Virus record (IMG/VR): IMGVR_UViG_2974511964_000001
Location: 64,001 to 128,000 of that record
Reading direction: 5' to 3' (one strand)
Origin: a virus
Taxonomy: Duplodnaviria; Caudoviricetes
Length of the DNA: 64,000 bases
Positions 10,212 through 20,175 of the stretch are shown here, piece after piece. Numbering within the stretch: position 1 is the stretch's first letter; each line of letters begins with the position of its first letter. Below the pieces are notes generated by a model that did no database searches, was not told the origin of the DNA, and saw only the letters and a list, made by a program, of their open reading frames with translations. The position numbers were made by a program, and so were the translations under genes.

Positions 10212-10598
10212 ATGGCAACTAAATTTGATGTGTACAATGATAATGATACTTTAGTAGTATCTGCCCAAGAATCTCCGGTTACAGTAACTGGATTATCTCC
10301 AGATACCACATATACCGGTTGGTATGTAACGGTATCAGGACAAACTGCTAAGACTATTATTCCTGATTTCACAACTAAGTCATCTACTACGACAACTACA
10401 AGCACTACTTTAGATGTAACGACAACTACTAGTACAACTACTGTAAAACCAACTACTACAACTACCAGTACGACAACGGTAAAACCAACTACTACAACTA
10501 CTAGTACGACAACGGTAAAACCGACTACGACTACTACAACTAGTACGACAACGGTAAAACCAACTACGACTACTACTAGTACGACAACAGTAGCGTAA
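10212..10598 (+). CDS. Fn3/Ig-like domain plus mucin-like (TTTTTSTTTVKP)n protein, probably virion-associated
   Basis: VTVTGLSPDTTY Fn3-like motif followed by about 5 Thr-rich repeats. Confidence 0.75.
   Translation: MATKFDVYNDNDTLVVSAQESPVTVTGLSPDTTYTGWYVTVSGQTAKTIIPDFTTKSSTTTTTSTTLDVTTTTSTTTVKPTTTTTSTTTVKPTTTTTSTTTVKPTTTTTTSTTTVKPTTTTTSTTTVA
10415..10592 (+). repeat. Coding tandem repeat, 36-39 bp units encoding TTTTTSTTTVKP
   Basis: AGTACGACAACGGTAAAACC-type units with synonymous variation. Confidence 0.9.
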
Positions 10599-10602
10599 TT
10601 AA

Positions 10603-11490
10603 ATGAAGTATCTAACAAGCCAGAACGCAACTGTTAAGTTTAAATGGCAATTGTCCGTTTATATCACTAGTTTGTTAGAAATTGGGGTTAATCCCAATGA
10701 CATTGTAGTGCTGTTCTCGGACAGTGATAGCCATATTCCTAAATATATTAGGGACCATTACCATGTAGATGTACATGTGTATGAGGATAATCGAGAAGAC
10801 AAAAGCTATATTCCTAGTATAAAGCCTTACTTGGTTTATCGTTATTTAGATGAGAATCCTTCTGCTAGACTAGAGGATTATGTCTATACAGATTCTGATA
10901 TAATTATCAGGGAGCCACTTGATTTTAGTCTGCTACCAGCTGACTGTAAAAATTGGTATGGTTCAGATTGTGGTGGATACCTTGATATGGGATACCTAAG
11001 TTATGTTGATAATTCTGAAAAGATTATTAATGCTATGCTAGAAATAGTTGGAATTACAATTGATGATGTTAAGAGTATTGATGCTAATTGTATTGGTGCT
11101 CAATATATCCTATCAAACCCTAGTCCTGAATACTTTAAGAAAGTATATCAAGACTCTTACAAACTATACCACGCAACCACAAGGATTGAGTCTAATTTTC
11201 AAAATTGGGTAGCAGAGATGTATGCTACTTTATGGAATATGCCTCTATTTGGTATTAACCCCCATATTAGTGATGAGTTGGCCTTCACGTGGGGAACTGA
11301 TAGTGCAGAGACATTCAAAGAGAACAAGATTTATCATGATGCTGGAGTAGTTGATGGTAACCAAGGATTGTTCTACAAAGGTAATTATAATATGAGAGAG
11401 CCTTTTGATGATGATTTCAGTTTCATCAGCAAAGATAAAGCATCTTATTATTATACTCAGTATATTAAAGCAACTAAGCAATACTCATAA
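10603..11490 (+). CDS. GT-A fold glycosyltransferase, HPAT/SGT1 (GT95/GT96)-like
   Basis: DxD motif YTDSDII, SIKPY, IGAQYI, WVAEMYA and IYHDAG. Confidence 0.7.
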   Translation: MKYLTSQNATVKFKWQLSVYITSLLEIGVNPNDIVVLFSDSDSHIPKYIRDHYHVDVHVYEDNREDKSYIPSIKPYLVYRYLDENPSARLEDYVYTDSDIIIREPLDFSLLPADCKNWYGSDCGGYLDMGYLSYVDNSEKIINAMLEIVGITIDDVKSIDANCIGAQYILSNPSPEYFKKVYQDSYKLYHATTRIESNFQNWVAEMYATLWNMPLFGINPHISDELAFTWGTDSAETFKENKIYHDAGVVDGNQGLFYKGNYNMREPFDDDFSFISKDKASYYYTQYIKATKQYS

Positions 11491-11491
11491 T

Positions 11492-11518
11492 AGGCCACCT
11501 TCAATAGGTGGCCTTTTT
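11492..11518 (+). terminator. Intrinsic terminator
   Basis: AGGCCACCT-loop-AGGTGGCCT followed by a T-run. Confidence 0.9.
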
Positions 11519-11564
11519 ACTACAAATATGATACAATTAAAATAATTAAGAAAGAGGTAATAAT

Positions 11565-13271
11565 ATGGCATATTATGATAAGGAAACAAGCGATGAATTG
11601 AAAGATAAATTTAAAGATTTAGCTAAGCCAAATGGAGCAGATTTTTCAGGGCTCATAGACTACTTTGACAAAGGATTACAGGGTATGGATGACAAAGGCG
11701 ACAAAGGCGATACAGCGGTTATTGGTGAAAATTCAGTAAATACCATTAATTTAGTTGATAAAGCATCCACATATGCAAAAAGAACCGTGCTTGGCAATAT
11801 CACATCAGTTAATTGCACAAAAAAACCAGCTAATTACGATACGGCAGCAGGGACTTTAACCATTTATAAAGGTACGATTGTTACTCACGGCAAGGGAAAT
11901 TTCGAAACTTCAGCAGATGTTGTTTTAGATGTGATTGGTACTGGAAGCCGACAAAAAAAAATAATGTTTGACACAATAACTAATACTTTTTTTGCTTTAC
12001 CTTATAATGATTATACAAGCGTGAATGATGAAAATTGTTTGTTTTTAGGAACTGTTAATAGCTATCCAGATAACCAAACAATAAACTTGGTTTTCGATTG
12101 CACAATTGACGGCATTTATCCTACAGTTTCAAAAGAGAAATCAATACCGACAAAGAGTTTAAATATAAATTCAAGAGTTTCACGTATTATTTTAAACTCA
12201 AACGGTCAATTCCCTAATATGGATACGTCTAATAGAACATTAACTTTTTACAATGATACTATTTTGGTTTTGTCAACTGGTGAATATTATATTTTGCCTG
12301 AGACAGTTGTGGACTTAACTATTGACCCGTCCAGTGCTTTAAAAATATATTATGACACTTTCAACAAGGTTTTTACGGTAAGAGCCTATGGAAAACTAGT
12401 AAACGAAGATAATTGGATATTCGTTTGTGCGGTTAGAACATCTATTGGAGCATTATCTATCCCTTGTGCATACAACGTAAACGGAAAGCCTTTTGGACTT
12501 ACGATTCCTGATAGTGTAGTTAAGAATCCTCTAAATGCTCATGTTAAAGCAGTTTTACACAGAGGATATAACACGGTAGCACCAGAAAACACTATTCCTG
12601 CATACGAGTTAGCCAAAAAAATGGGTTTTAGTTATGTTGAAACAGATGTTAAATGGACGAGTGATGGCGTACCCATCTTACTACATGACGGCACGGTAGA
12701 CCGCACGTCTGACGGAACAGGAGCAATCGCTGATTTAACTTTTAGTTATGCGCGTTCGTTGGATTTCGGAAGCTGGAAAGGTAGTGAGTATGTAGGAACA
12801 TTAATTCCCACTTTTGAAGAATTTATTTTGAGTTGTAAAAAATTAAACTTGCATCCTTATATTCACATCAATGAACTTGTGACAGTTGAAAAAGCACAGG
12901 AATTAGTCGGTATAGTTAGAAAACAAGGAATGATAAGAAATGTATCGTGGATAAGTTTTACCACTGCCGCATTAACAAATATTTGTACAGCGTACCCAAA
13001 ATCGAGAATAGGCATGTTGTCGGGTACTTTTGATGGGACTATCTTAGATGATGCGAGAGCGTTAAAAACAACTGAAAACGATGTTTTCCTAGATGTAGAC
13101 ACTCCAGCATTAACAAAAGAAATGATTGAAGCTGCTTTATCGGAAGACATCTACGTAGAAACATATACGGTGGATTATAGTAATCTTGTGGAAGGTTATG
13201 TAAATATGGGGGTTAGTGGTATCACTACGAATAGCCTAAATATTGCCGAGATACTAGGCAACACATATTAA
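11565..13271 (+). CDS. Glycerophosphodiester phosphodiesterase (GDPD)-domain protein with tail-fibre-like N-terminus
   Basis: HRGY..APENT, VETDV, LLHDGTVDRT, GITTN; N-terminal LKDKF...P...DF..LID and DKGDKGD. Confidence 0.85.
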   Translation: MAYYDKETSDELKDKFKDLAKPNGADFSGLIDYFDKGLQGMDDKGDKGDTAVIGENSVNTINLVDKASTYAKRTVLGNITSVNCTKKPANYDTAAGTLTIYKGTIVTHGKGNFETSADVVLDVIGTGSRQKKIMFDTITNTFFALPYNDYTSVNDENCLFLGTVNSYPDNQTINLVFDCTIDGIYPTVSKEKSIPTKSLNINSRVSRIILNSNGQFPNMDTSNRTLTFYNDTILVLSTGEYYILPETVVDLTIDPSSALKIYYDTFNKVFTVRAYGKLVNEDNWIFVCAVRTSIGALSIPCAYNVNGKPFGLTIPDSVVKNPLNAHVKAVLHRGYNTVAPENTIPAYELAKKMGFSYVETDVKWTSDGVPILLHDGTVDRTSDGTGAIADLTFSYARSLDFGSWKGSEYVGTLIPTFEEFILSCKKLNLHPYIHINELVTVEKAQELVGIVRKQGMIRNVSWISFTTAALTNICTAYPKSRIGMLSGTFDGTILDDARALKTTENDVFLDVDTPALTKEMIEAALSEDIYVETYTVDYSNLVEGYVNMGVSGITTNSLNIAEILGNTY

Positions 13272-13470
13272 ATAATGGTTAACCAAGGTGGTTTAGATTA
13301 TCACGTTCATTGCAAAGAAACCACAGACATGCCGTATTCCATGGCGCCAGAAGACATGTTAAATTAGGAGGTAGACAATTGAATAAGCACAAATTAAAGG
13401 TACTGTTATATAGCCAATAACATTTACAGATGTTATTGAACAGTATGTATCTTCCTAAAGGAGAATAACA

Positions 13471-13968
13471 ATGGATATTTTAATTAATAAATGGTTCTTA
13501 ATTGTAGAAATAACCTATATCTTAACAGTATTCTTTGAATACTTGTCTACAATTACTGCTATCAGAAATGCTGATAGTTATGCTAGGCAAGTGGGTAATG
13601 AACTTACTAGTGATGTCATTAAGAAAGGTATCAAGTTTGGGTTTATAATGGAGGGACTAGTAGGAGCAATCCTATCAGGTGGGTTAACTGCTTTTATTAT
13701 TGCCGAGAAGGGTACCTTTACGTCTTTTGAATACGTGGTGTTTTACTTTGTTGGCTTATTTATATCATTATTTATTCGTAACTATATCTATTCTTGGGTA
13801 ACGAATGCTTATTCAGACAGACAAGTTAAGCGAATGAAGAATGCACAGGCTAAGATTATCAAGGAAGCCCAGAAAGACGTTGCTAATGGGTCTTTATCAC
13901 CTGAACAGTTAGAACATCTTATGGACTTAACTTCTGGGAAGGCACGTGATAGCCAATGGCGGAAATAA
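13471..13968 (+). CDS. Membrane protein
   Basis: Three hydrophobic segments; SD AAGGAG. Confidence 0.75.
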   Translation: MDILINKWFLIVEITYILTVFFEYLSTITAIRNADSYARQVGNELTSDVIKKGIKFGFIMEGLVGAILSGGLTAFIIAEKGTFTSFEYVVFYFVGLFISLFIRNYIYSWVTNAYSDRQVKRMKNAQAKIIKEAQKDVANGSLSPEQLEHLMDLTSGKARDSQWRK

Positions 13969-14534
13969 GTACAGTTAAAGCAGGAGTAGTAATGATAAAT
14001 TCTAATCCTTACTATTATGTGGAGGAAATTAGTGTACAAGGTGCCAGTGTTCCCTATTTAGCAGTTTATGAAATTAGTAAGGAGTCTTTGTCTCAATATG
14101 CCATAAGTAAAGACCTATCAGTGATATATAAGAAAGTTGTTCATCGTCAGGTTGACAAAACTAGAGTTATTGGCCTAACAAAATTATCAAAGTTAGTTAC
14201 TAAGGGTAAAGATAAGATTACTGAAAAGCATACACAAACTCTGGTAGCAAAACCTCTTTTCCTAGCAGAGGAAGAACCCGGAATTGATTCATTTACTAAT
14301 GAATATGGAATGGGATTTATGGAATACGTGAAGAACCCCGATGAAATTCTAAGAGCAAACATAAGTAATCAAAAAGATATGCCACCAGCAACAGTTCCTA
14401 CTGGAGTATTTATCAGTGTAAAGCATATTGCATGGCAGAAGCAGTATATTCCAATTGCAGGACTAGTTGGCTATCTGTCCGATTTAATTGATAATACTTT
14501 TGGGATGCCTTCAATTGATGTATTTGGGGGCTAG
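13956..14534 (+). CDS. Conserved hypothetical protein
   Basis: Overlapping ORF in an operon. Confidence 0.7.
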   Translation: MAEISTVKAGVVMINSNPYYYVEEISVQGASVPYLAVYEISKESLSQYAISKDLSVIYKKVVHRQVDKTRVIGLTKLSKLVTKGKDKITEKHTQTLVAKPLFLAEEEPGIDSFTNEYGMGFMEYVKNPDEILRANISNQKDMPPATVPTGVFISVKHIAWQKQYIPIAGLVGYLSDLIDNTFGMPSIDVFGG

Positions 14535-14537
14535 CTT

Positions 14538-15308
14538 ATGGCTCGTATTATGGAAGATGACGTCAAACAAGCTATTCTTAGCAACCGTCATTTGTTATCT
14601 GGATTAGGTGATTTAGGAGATACCAAAGTTATATTTGAAAAGGGCATGAATTATGGTAACTTAATAGCTGATGCTATTGCTTTTACTCAAAAACAAGGAA
14701 TCATTGGTTACGAGATTAAGACAGAGTATGACACGTTAAAAAGACTGCCAAAACAGTTGGATAGCTATGTTAGAGTATGCAACTATGTTATTGTTTTCTG
14801 TCATGATTCTAAGTTAGAGGAAGTAGAAAAGCTATTGGCTAGTAAGAACTATCCATTTGTCGGAATCATTAGTTATTCAGAATTTAATGATGATATCATT
14901 ACTGGTATGTATCGGGCTCCTCAAATTAACCCTTTATTTAAGATGAAAGCCTGCCTGTCGATGCTTTGGAAAAACGAAATATATGCCATTTTGTCGGCCT
15001 ATGTTAATCATCCGAGCAACGTGGTTAAGAATACCTATAATGAGAAGGCTACTAATGTTCATACAGCTATGCTAAGTAGAAATTCTCAGTATGGCGTGTT
15101 AAGGCGTGATATGACTAAGAGAGCAATGATTTCACTGTACGATAACCTGATTCCAGAGAATGAAGGTATCCGAATTATTTGTGAGATGTTTATCACTGAA
15201 AAGTTTGACCCTAATAAAAATTTACAGTTATACAATTATGGTGACCAGTTCACCCATGATGTAACCTTTAAAGATGGCTACAATAAGCATAACAGGAGAA
15301 GACACTAA
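14538..15308 (+). CDS. PD-(D/E)xK nuclease-like protein (sce7726/MmcB-like)
   Basis: IADAI...GYEIKTEYDTLKRLPKQLDSY. Confidence 0.7.
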   Translation: MARIMEDDVKQAILSNRHLLSGLGDLGDTKVIFEKGMNYGNLIADAIAFTQKQGIIGYEIKTEYDTLKRLPKQLDSYVRVCNYVIVFCHDSKLEEVEKLLASKNYPFVGIISYSEFNDDIITGMYRAPQINPLFKMKACLSMLWKNEIYAILSAYVNHPSNVVKNTYNEKATNVHTAMLSRNSQYGVLRRDMTKRAMISLYDNLIPENEGIRIICEMFITEKFDPNKNLQLYNYGDQFTHDVTFKDGYNKHNRRRH

Positions 15309-15326
15309 ATTGTCTTCTCTTTTTTA
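15296..15326 (+). terminator. Intrinsic terminator
   Basis: GAGAAGACA/TGTCTTCTC followed by a T-run. Confidence 0.85.
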
Positions 15327-15339
15327 TTTTAAATAAGTG

Positions 15340-15368
15340 TTGACATTGGTGTTATTGAACTGTATACT
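15340..15368 (+). promoter_or_regulatory. sigmaA-type promoter
   Basis: TTGACA-17-TATACT. Confidence 0.8.
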
Positions 15369-15401
15369 AAGCTTATTAAATAAAGGAAGAGGTAACATAA
15401 T

Positions 15402-17024
15402 ATGAAAAAATTTGATACCCAAAATAATAAGCGAGCATACATTGATTCATTGATTGAGCAACAAGACTACATTGACCCTAGGTACAATATTCATCTGTTT
15501 TCTAAGGAACGTGGTGTATACTCTGGGGTTGTTCGTTCGTTAGAGTCGCGTTCAGGCCAAGTAGACCGATTTAAGTATTACGGGTTTATTATTAACTTCC
15601 CAGAGACTTACTTTAGTTTAGAAGGTATCTCAGGTAAGAAATTAGCTAATAATGCTAAGAACTTAGGTGATGTATTTAGTAACTCCGAAGCTTTATCAGA
15701 ACAGGGGTTAAATATGCTAGTAGTTGTTGGTAATTGTCTGGCTAATATGGGTGATGAATACAGTGATAACTTAGGACGAGGCATCTATCGAGCAATTAAA
15801 AAATATCCAGCTTCTGAGCAAGTTTATATCAATTTTAAGGAACATACTAATTCTTACTTTATTCGTAGTGTACAATCATTAGATAATGCTAAGCACCGTG
15901 AATATATTAGTGCCAATGGAAATGATGAGGGCTATACTTTTAATCTACGTAAGGCGTGGGGAGTTAGTAAAGGTAACTTCAAGTTGCTAAAGGACATGGG
16001 ATACCGTGACGGTGTAGAGGTGTATGGTGACAGCAACAAGAACTTTAATCAACGGTTATCTTTACTACGATTAGCACGTACCTATGCTCATGAAGTAGAT
16101 GATGAACGAGGTTATCATGACGCCGATAAGTGGTTCAAAAGTTTATACGAGGAGTTCATGGATAATCCTTATAGGACGGTAGACCAGCACGACGATGATT
16201 TCTTCTGGTATAGTGTGCCTAATATTTATCAAGCTTCGATGTTAGCTACTAATGATAAACAAGCGTGGATGCATACGGTTAAATACTTTTATGGTAGCTT
16301 ATACCACCAACAAGCAATTGATAGCGTTAGAGGGGCTGGGCGCTTGTATCTAGACTATGCTGACTTAGTTAAAGATTTCGATAGTTGGGTGCGTTACCCT
16401 CGTTACTTAAAAGTAGCTCATGATATTGCTATTCGTAATACACATGCTTTACACAACTTTGAAGATAATCATGGTATTATCAATAAGTACCACAAGTATA
16501 ACCATCTTGAAGGCACTAATGGCGACTACAGCTTTATGCTAGCCTACGATGCGAAAGAAATTGTTGATGAAGGCCAACAACAAAGTAACTGTGTGGCAGG
16601 GTATGTTGATAGTGTTGCTACTGGTCAATCCTTGATTATGTTCTTACGTAAGGAGCAAGCTAAGTCATGGGTCACTATTGAACTACGTCAGAATAATGAT
16701 AATACGCTGACAATGTGTCAAGTGTTTGAACCATTTAATGCACCTTTGCATGATGAATCAAAACAGGCTTTACACGCATGGGCTAAGTTAAATAATATTA
16801 ATATTGCTAAGAGCATTGGTGGTTGCAGTGATACTACTGGATGGGATAAGCAGTATAAGAAGCAATTCCGTGTAATGCAACCTCTAGCTGATAGCCCTCG
16901 TATGGATAAGGTTAAAAAAGAGATGGCTGAATACCAGAAGCAAGTAGAAGCTAATAAGGACGAAAAGGCTAAGTTAACCAGTAAGTTTGAAGAAGTCAAT
17001 GCAAAAATTAAAAAAGCAGTTTAA
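15402..17024 (+). CDS. PcfJ-like domain protein
   Basis: YPRYLKVAHD...EGQQQSNCVAGY...IMFLRK...TIEL. Confidence 0.75.
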   Translation: MKKFDTQNNKRAYIDSLIEQQDYIDPRYNIHLFSKERGVYSGVVRSLESRSGQVDRFKYYGFIINFPETYFSLEGISGKKLANNAKNLGDVFSNSEALSEQGLNMLVVVGNCLANMGDEYSDNLGRGIYRAIKKYPASEQVYINFKEHTNSYFIRSVQSLDNAKHREYISANGNDEGYTFNLRKAWGVSKGNFKLLKDMGYRDGVEVYGDSNKNFNQRLSLLRLARTYAHEVDDERGYHDADKWFKSLYEEFMDNPYRTVDQHDDDFFWYSVPNIYQASMLATNDKQAWMHTVKYFYGSLYHQQAIDSVRGAGRLYLDYADLVKDFDSWVRYPRYLKVAHDIAIRNTHALHNFEDNHGIINKYHKYNHLEGTNGDYSFMLAYDAKEIVDEGQQQSNCVAGYVDSVATGQSLIMFLRKEQAKSWVTIELRQNNDNTLTMCQVFEPFNAPLHDESKQALHAWAKLNNINIAKSIGGCSDTTGWDKQYKKQFRVMQPLADSPRMDKVKKEMAEYQKQVEANKDEKAKLTSKFEEVNAKIKKAV

Positions 17025-17087
17025 GCTTGCATTATCCAAACTAGTATGTTATGATTAGTTCATCAAATGAAGAGGAGATTTTAAATT

Positions 17088-18410
17088 ATGAAATTTGTTA
17101 ATCAAAGTGCACCAGTAACCACTAAGAAGTTGGCTGTAGGGTCATTAGTTATTGAAAATATTGGAAAACGTTTGTCACCGGATTCAGTAGCCGGGCTAAA
17201 GGTAGATGACTACCATGTACTAGCATTGGGCGATAATGAAGCTAAGTTAGTGAAAATTGAAGATGGCGTTGACAATCACTTTAAGGTAACCGTAGACCCT
17301 AACCGAGTAGGTATCGGTTTAGAACCATCAGTTATGGATATTATCAATAATCGCATGGCAACGTCTACTTATACAGACCATTCCTTAGATTTTCCAGACA
17401 CTGATGATGACTTGTACACACAAGTAAAGGATTCAGTACCAATGCCGATTGATAAGGAACCCTCAACCTTAGACCAGTTAGTAGCCATTGTTAGTGATTT
17501 TTCAGTTACAAAGTATGGTCGTTTATCTAAGTTGGCAAAATTACGAGATGTAGCTGATACCTCAGATGTAGCTGAATTGATTGATGGAGCTATCAAGGAT
17601 TTAAAGGGTAAGCATATGAGTGCCAGTGATATTGCGGATAAGTACAAGGCACTAGCTAATGATTTACAAGCTAATTGCAACGATGATGATAGTGATGACG
17701 AACCCGTAACTAAACCTAATTACAAGAGAGCTATTCACTCAGCAGGGGAAGCAATTGCTAAGGCGGTATCTAGTTTTAATACATCTAAGGTAAGCGAAAC
17801 CTTATCTAAGCTAGCCGAAGAAGCCAAGACTACCAAATTAGACACTAAAGACCTAGAAAATGATGACTACTTAAAGTTCTTAGATAAGTATTTTTCAGAA
17901 TTAAAGAATAGTAAGTTGTCTAATAGCGAAATTGTAGCCTACCTTGATAAGTTGCAATTAGATGATGAATACTTGCAAAAAGGTATTAGTAATCTAAAGG
18001 ATAAAATTAAAGAAGGCACCGAAGACGCTGGTAAGATGCTAGAATTGGCTAAAGATGAATTGGACTCTCAATTCCAATTACGATTAGGGTTAGATAAGCT
18101 AATGTCATTATTAGGGTTTGAAAAAGAGGATGATTCCAAAGATGACGATGACGACCTCACTGATGATGATGATGATACCTTATTAGAATTGTTTGATGAA
18201 GTTTTTGACTCATATTATAAAGAAGGTGCTCCTAGCGATGAAGAAGCTAAGTTGCTTGTTCGGGTACTAACGACCGCTGGGTATATTGAAGATGACGACT
18301 TATACAAGTTCACTAAGAAAGTTATCTATAAGCTTACCGAAGATGATTATAAAGATAATGCTGAAAAAGTAATGGCTGATTTAGCAGAAGAATACGAACA
18401 AAAGTTTTAA
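17088..18410 (+). CDS. Acidic hypothetical protein
   Basis: Long ORF with SD AAGAGGAG and poly-Asp tracts. Confidence 0.8.
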   Translation: MKFVNQSAPVTTKKLAVGSLVIENIGKRLSPDSVAGLKVDDYHVLALGDNEAKLVKIEDGVDNHFKVTVDPNRVGIGLEPSVMDIINNRMATSTYTDHSLDFPDTDDDLYTQVKDSVPMPIDKEPSTLDQLVAIVSDFSVTKYGRLSKLAKLRDVADTSDVAELIDGAIKDLKGKHMSASDIADKYKALANDLQANCNDDDSDDEPVTKPNYKRAIHSAGEAIAKAVSSFNTSKVSETLSKLAEEAKTTKLDTKDLENDDYLKFLDKYFSELKNSKLSNSEIVAYLDKLQLDDEYLQKGISNLKDKIKEGTEDAGKMLELAKDELDSQFQLRLGLDKLMSLLGFEKEDDSKDDDDDLTDDDDDTLLELFDEVFDSYYKEGAPSDEEAKLLVRVLTTAGYIEDDDLYKFTKKVIYKLTEDDYKDNAEKVMADLAEEYEQKF

Positions 18411-18417
18411 TTAAATT

Positions 18418-18440
18418 GAGCCTGATGAGGGCTCTTTTTA
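18418..18440 (+). terminator. Intrinsic terminator
   Basis: GAGCC-loop-GGCTC followed by TTTTT. Confidence 0.75.
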
Positions 18441-18509
18441 TTACATATAATATTGACACTAACATCTTAGTATGATATGATATACCTATAAACAATAGGA
18501 GGGATTAAT

Positions 18510-19106
18510 ATGAACTTGAATTTGGAAACTGAGGAGCTAAAAACATTATTACCACATTGCAAAGTAACTGATGATTATGTTGCTTTCTTCTCAGATAAAA
18601 GTGTGTTTAGCAATGGGTATGATTGTGAGTTTAACTATGATGACAAGGGCGTACATAGCGCTCAACAAGCCTTAGTATATGGAAAAGCTTTATTGTTGGG
18701 AGATTACTCCATAGCAGAAAAGGTATTAGATACTAAGAATACCCCTATGGCTTATCACAACCTAAACAAGCAGATTAATGGTGATGTTAACTTATGGGAA
18801 AATTATCGTAGTCGAGTAATGATTTCTATTTTAGACGATAAGTTTAATGATAGCGAACGTCTATACTTGCTTAAAGCTACTGGTAACCGTAAGCTGTTAC
18901 TAGCATCCCCTTATGATAGCATTTGGGGTATTGGTGCCGGTCTTAGCAAGGTAGATACGGTATGGGATAGTTATACTGGTAAAAACTTGTTGGGTGAGTC
19001 TTTGATGAAAGTACGCAACAATAACTACAAATCATGGCCGGTATTCACTGCTCAAACACAGGAAGCTGATATTTATAGTACCTCTGCTAGCTTGCTGTCA
19101 TACTAA
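18510..19106 (+). CDS. NADAR (YbiA-like) domain protein
   Basis: FSNGY..F, SAQQ..VYGKA, KF, LLKATGNRKL..ASPYDSIWGIG, GKNLLGESLMKVR. Confidence 0.9.
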   Translation: MNLNLETEELKTLLPHCKVTDDYVAFFSDKSVFSNGYDCEFNYDDKGVHSAQQALVYGKALLLGDYSIAEKVLDTKNTPMAYHNLNKQINGDVNLWENYRSRVMISILDDKFNDSERLYLLKATGNRKLLLASPYDSIWGIGAGLSKVDTVWDSYTGKNLLGESLMKVRNNNYKSWPVFTAQTQEADIYSTSASLLSY

Positions 19107-19116
19107 GGAGGGTACT

Positions 19117-19614
19117 ATGAAACCACTCATAATTGCGGTATTGATAACCTTTTACTGTATTGCCTTAGCACTTAGCTGGTGTACAGCCCTCGAACGTTTT
19201 GCTAATCCTAATAACGAGGTAGGACAGTCACTGTTAGACAGTTCAATAGCAATGCTCATAGCTACAGTAGCAACACTGTATCTTCTAATTGGTGGCAGTG
19301 TGGTATCGTCAAGAACTGTGCATACTAGTTATCCAATTGATAGGGTTGCTAGAACGGGTGACTATGTAACTGTTGCTGCTAAGGGGCATAAGGATATTAG
19401 AATTGACCTAAGTAAAACTAAGTCGGAGCCCTATAGTGATAAGGATGTTGTTAGAATTACTGATGAACAATATATCACTAGTGTTAAACTGTTCCAAGCT
19501 ATGTTTGGCAGCGAGGTACTCGGGCACGATAAACATTATTCAGTATACCTAGATGGTCCAGACACTATTAGAGATTTATACAGCACAGGCAAGGGGTTCA
19601 CACATACTAATTAA
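19117..19614 (+). CDS. Membrane protein (paralog of the next gene)
   Basis: Two TM helices; shares ..YCI.L..SW and Y.VYL with 19627..20103. Confidence 0.75.
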   Translation: MKPLIIAVLITFYCIALALSWCTALERFANPNNEVGQSLLDSSIAMLIATVATLYLLIGGSVVSSRTVHTSYPIDRVARTGDYVTVAAKGHKDIRIDLSKTKSEPYSDKDVVRITDEQYITSVKLFQAMFGSEVLGHDKHYSVYLDGPDTIRDLYSTGKGFTHTN

Positions 19615-19626
19615 GGAGGTTAAATT

Positions 19627-20103
19627 TTGGCATTTATAATTGTAGTAGCTATGATTGCATATTGTATAGTTTTATCGTTTAGTTGGTATAATGCTATTGG
19701 ATATCTTAAGGACCCTCATAGTGGCGACTTTGAAGATATTCTGATTGGCTTAACAGTAGTTACATCAATAGTTTTAATGTTTGTTGTAAGTCTTTCAGTG
19801 CTTTATGACAGAGATGTTAGTACAAGCATCAGAATTACTGAGGTAGCTAAAGTTGGTAATCGAGTGACTGCTATCCATAACGGCGCTGAAATAACTAAAG
19901 TTAATATTGACAAGGTTAAGATAAGTGAGAATAATCATGACTATGTAAAGGTTGAAAATAGCCAGAAAATCATGCGGAGTAAAACGATGCAAGCTATAAA
20001 AGGTTCTAAAATACTAACACAGGATAAGGAATATACTGTTTATCTAGGTAATAGAAGTACCCTAAATGAATTAGGAATAAGGGTTCATAAAAGTAATAAA
20101 TAA
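19627..20103 (+). CDS. Membrane protein (paralog of the previous gene)
   Basis: Two TM helices; TTG start after AAGGAGG. Confidence 0.75.
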   Translation: MAFIIVVAMIAYCIVLSFSWYNAIGYLKDPHSGDFEDILIGLTVVTSIVLMFVVSLSVLYDRDVSTSIRITEVAKVGNRVTAIHNGAEITKVNIDKVKISENNHDYVKVENSQKIMRSKTMQAIKGSKILTQDKEYTVYLGNRSTLNELGIRVHKSNK

Positions 20104-20106
20104 GTA

Positions 20107-20145
20107 TTGACAAAGGGTGCTTTAACTGGTACCCTTATATACATA
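20107..20145 (+). promoter_or_regulatory. Hairpin promoter cassette, variant
   Basis: TTGACA-17-TACCCT; AAGGGTGC/GTACCCTT arms. Confidence 0.65.
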
Positions 20146-20175
20146 AACAAATACAATGAGAGTAGATGACAACTG

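Noticed and set aside
9953-10630. 225-aa Val-rich minus-strand ORF
   Set aside because: Antisense shadow of the Thr-codon repeats; no SD, and opposite to the operon.
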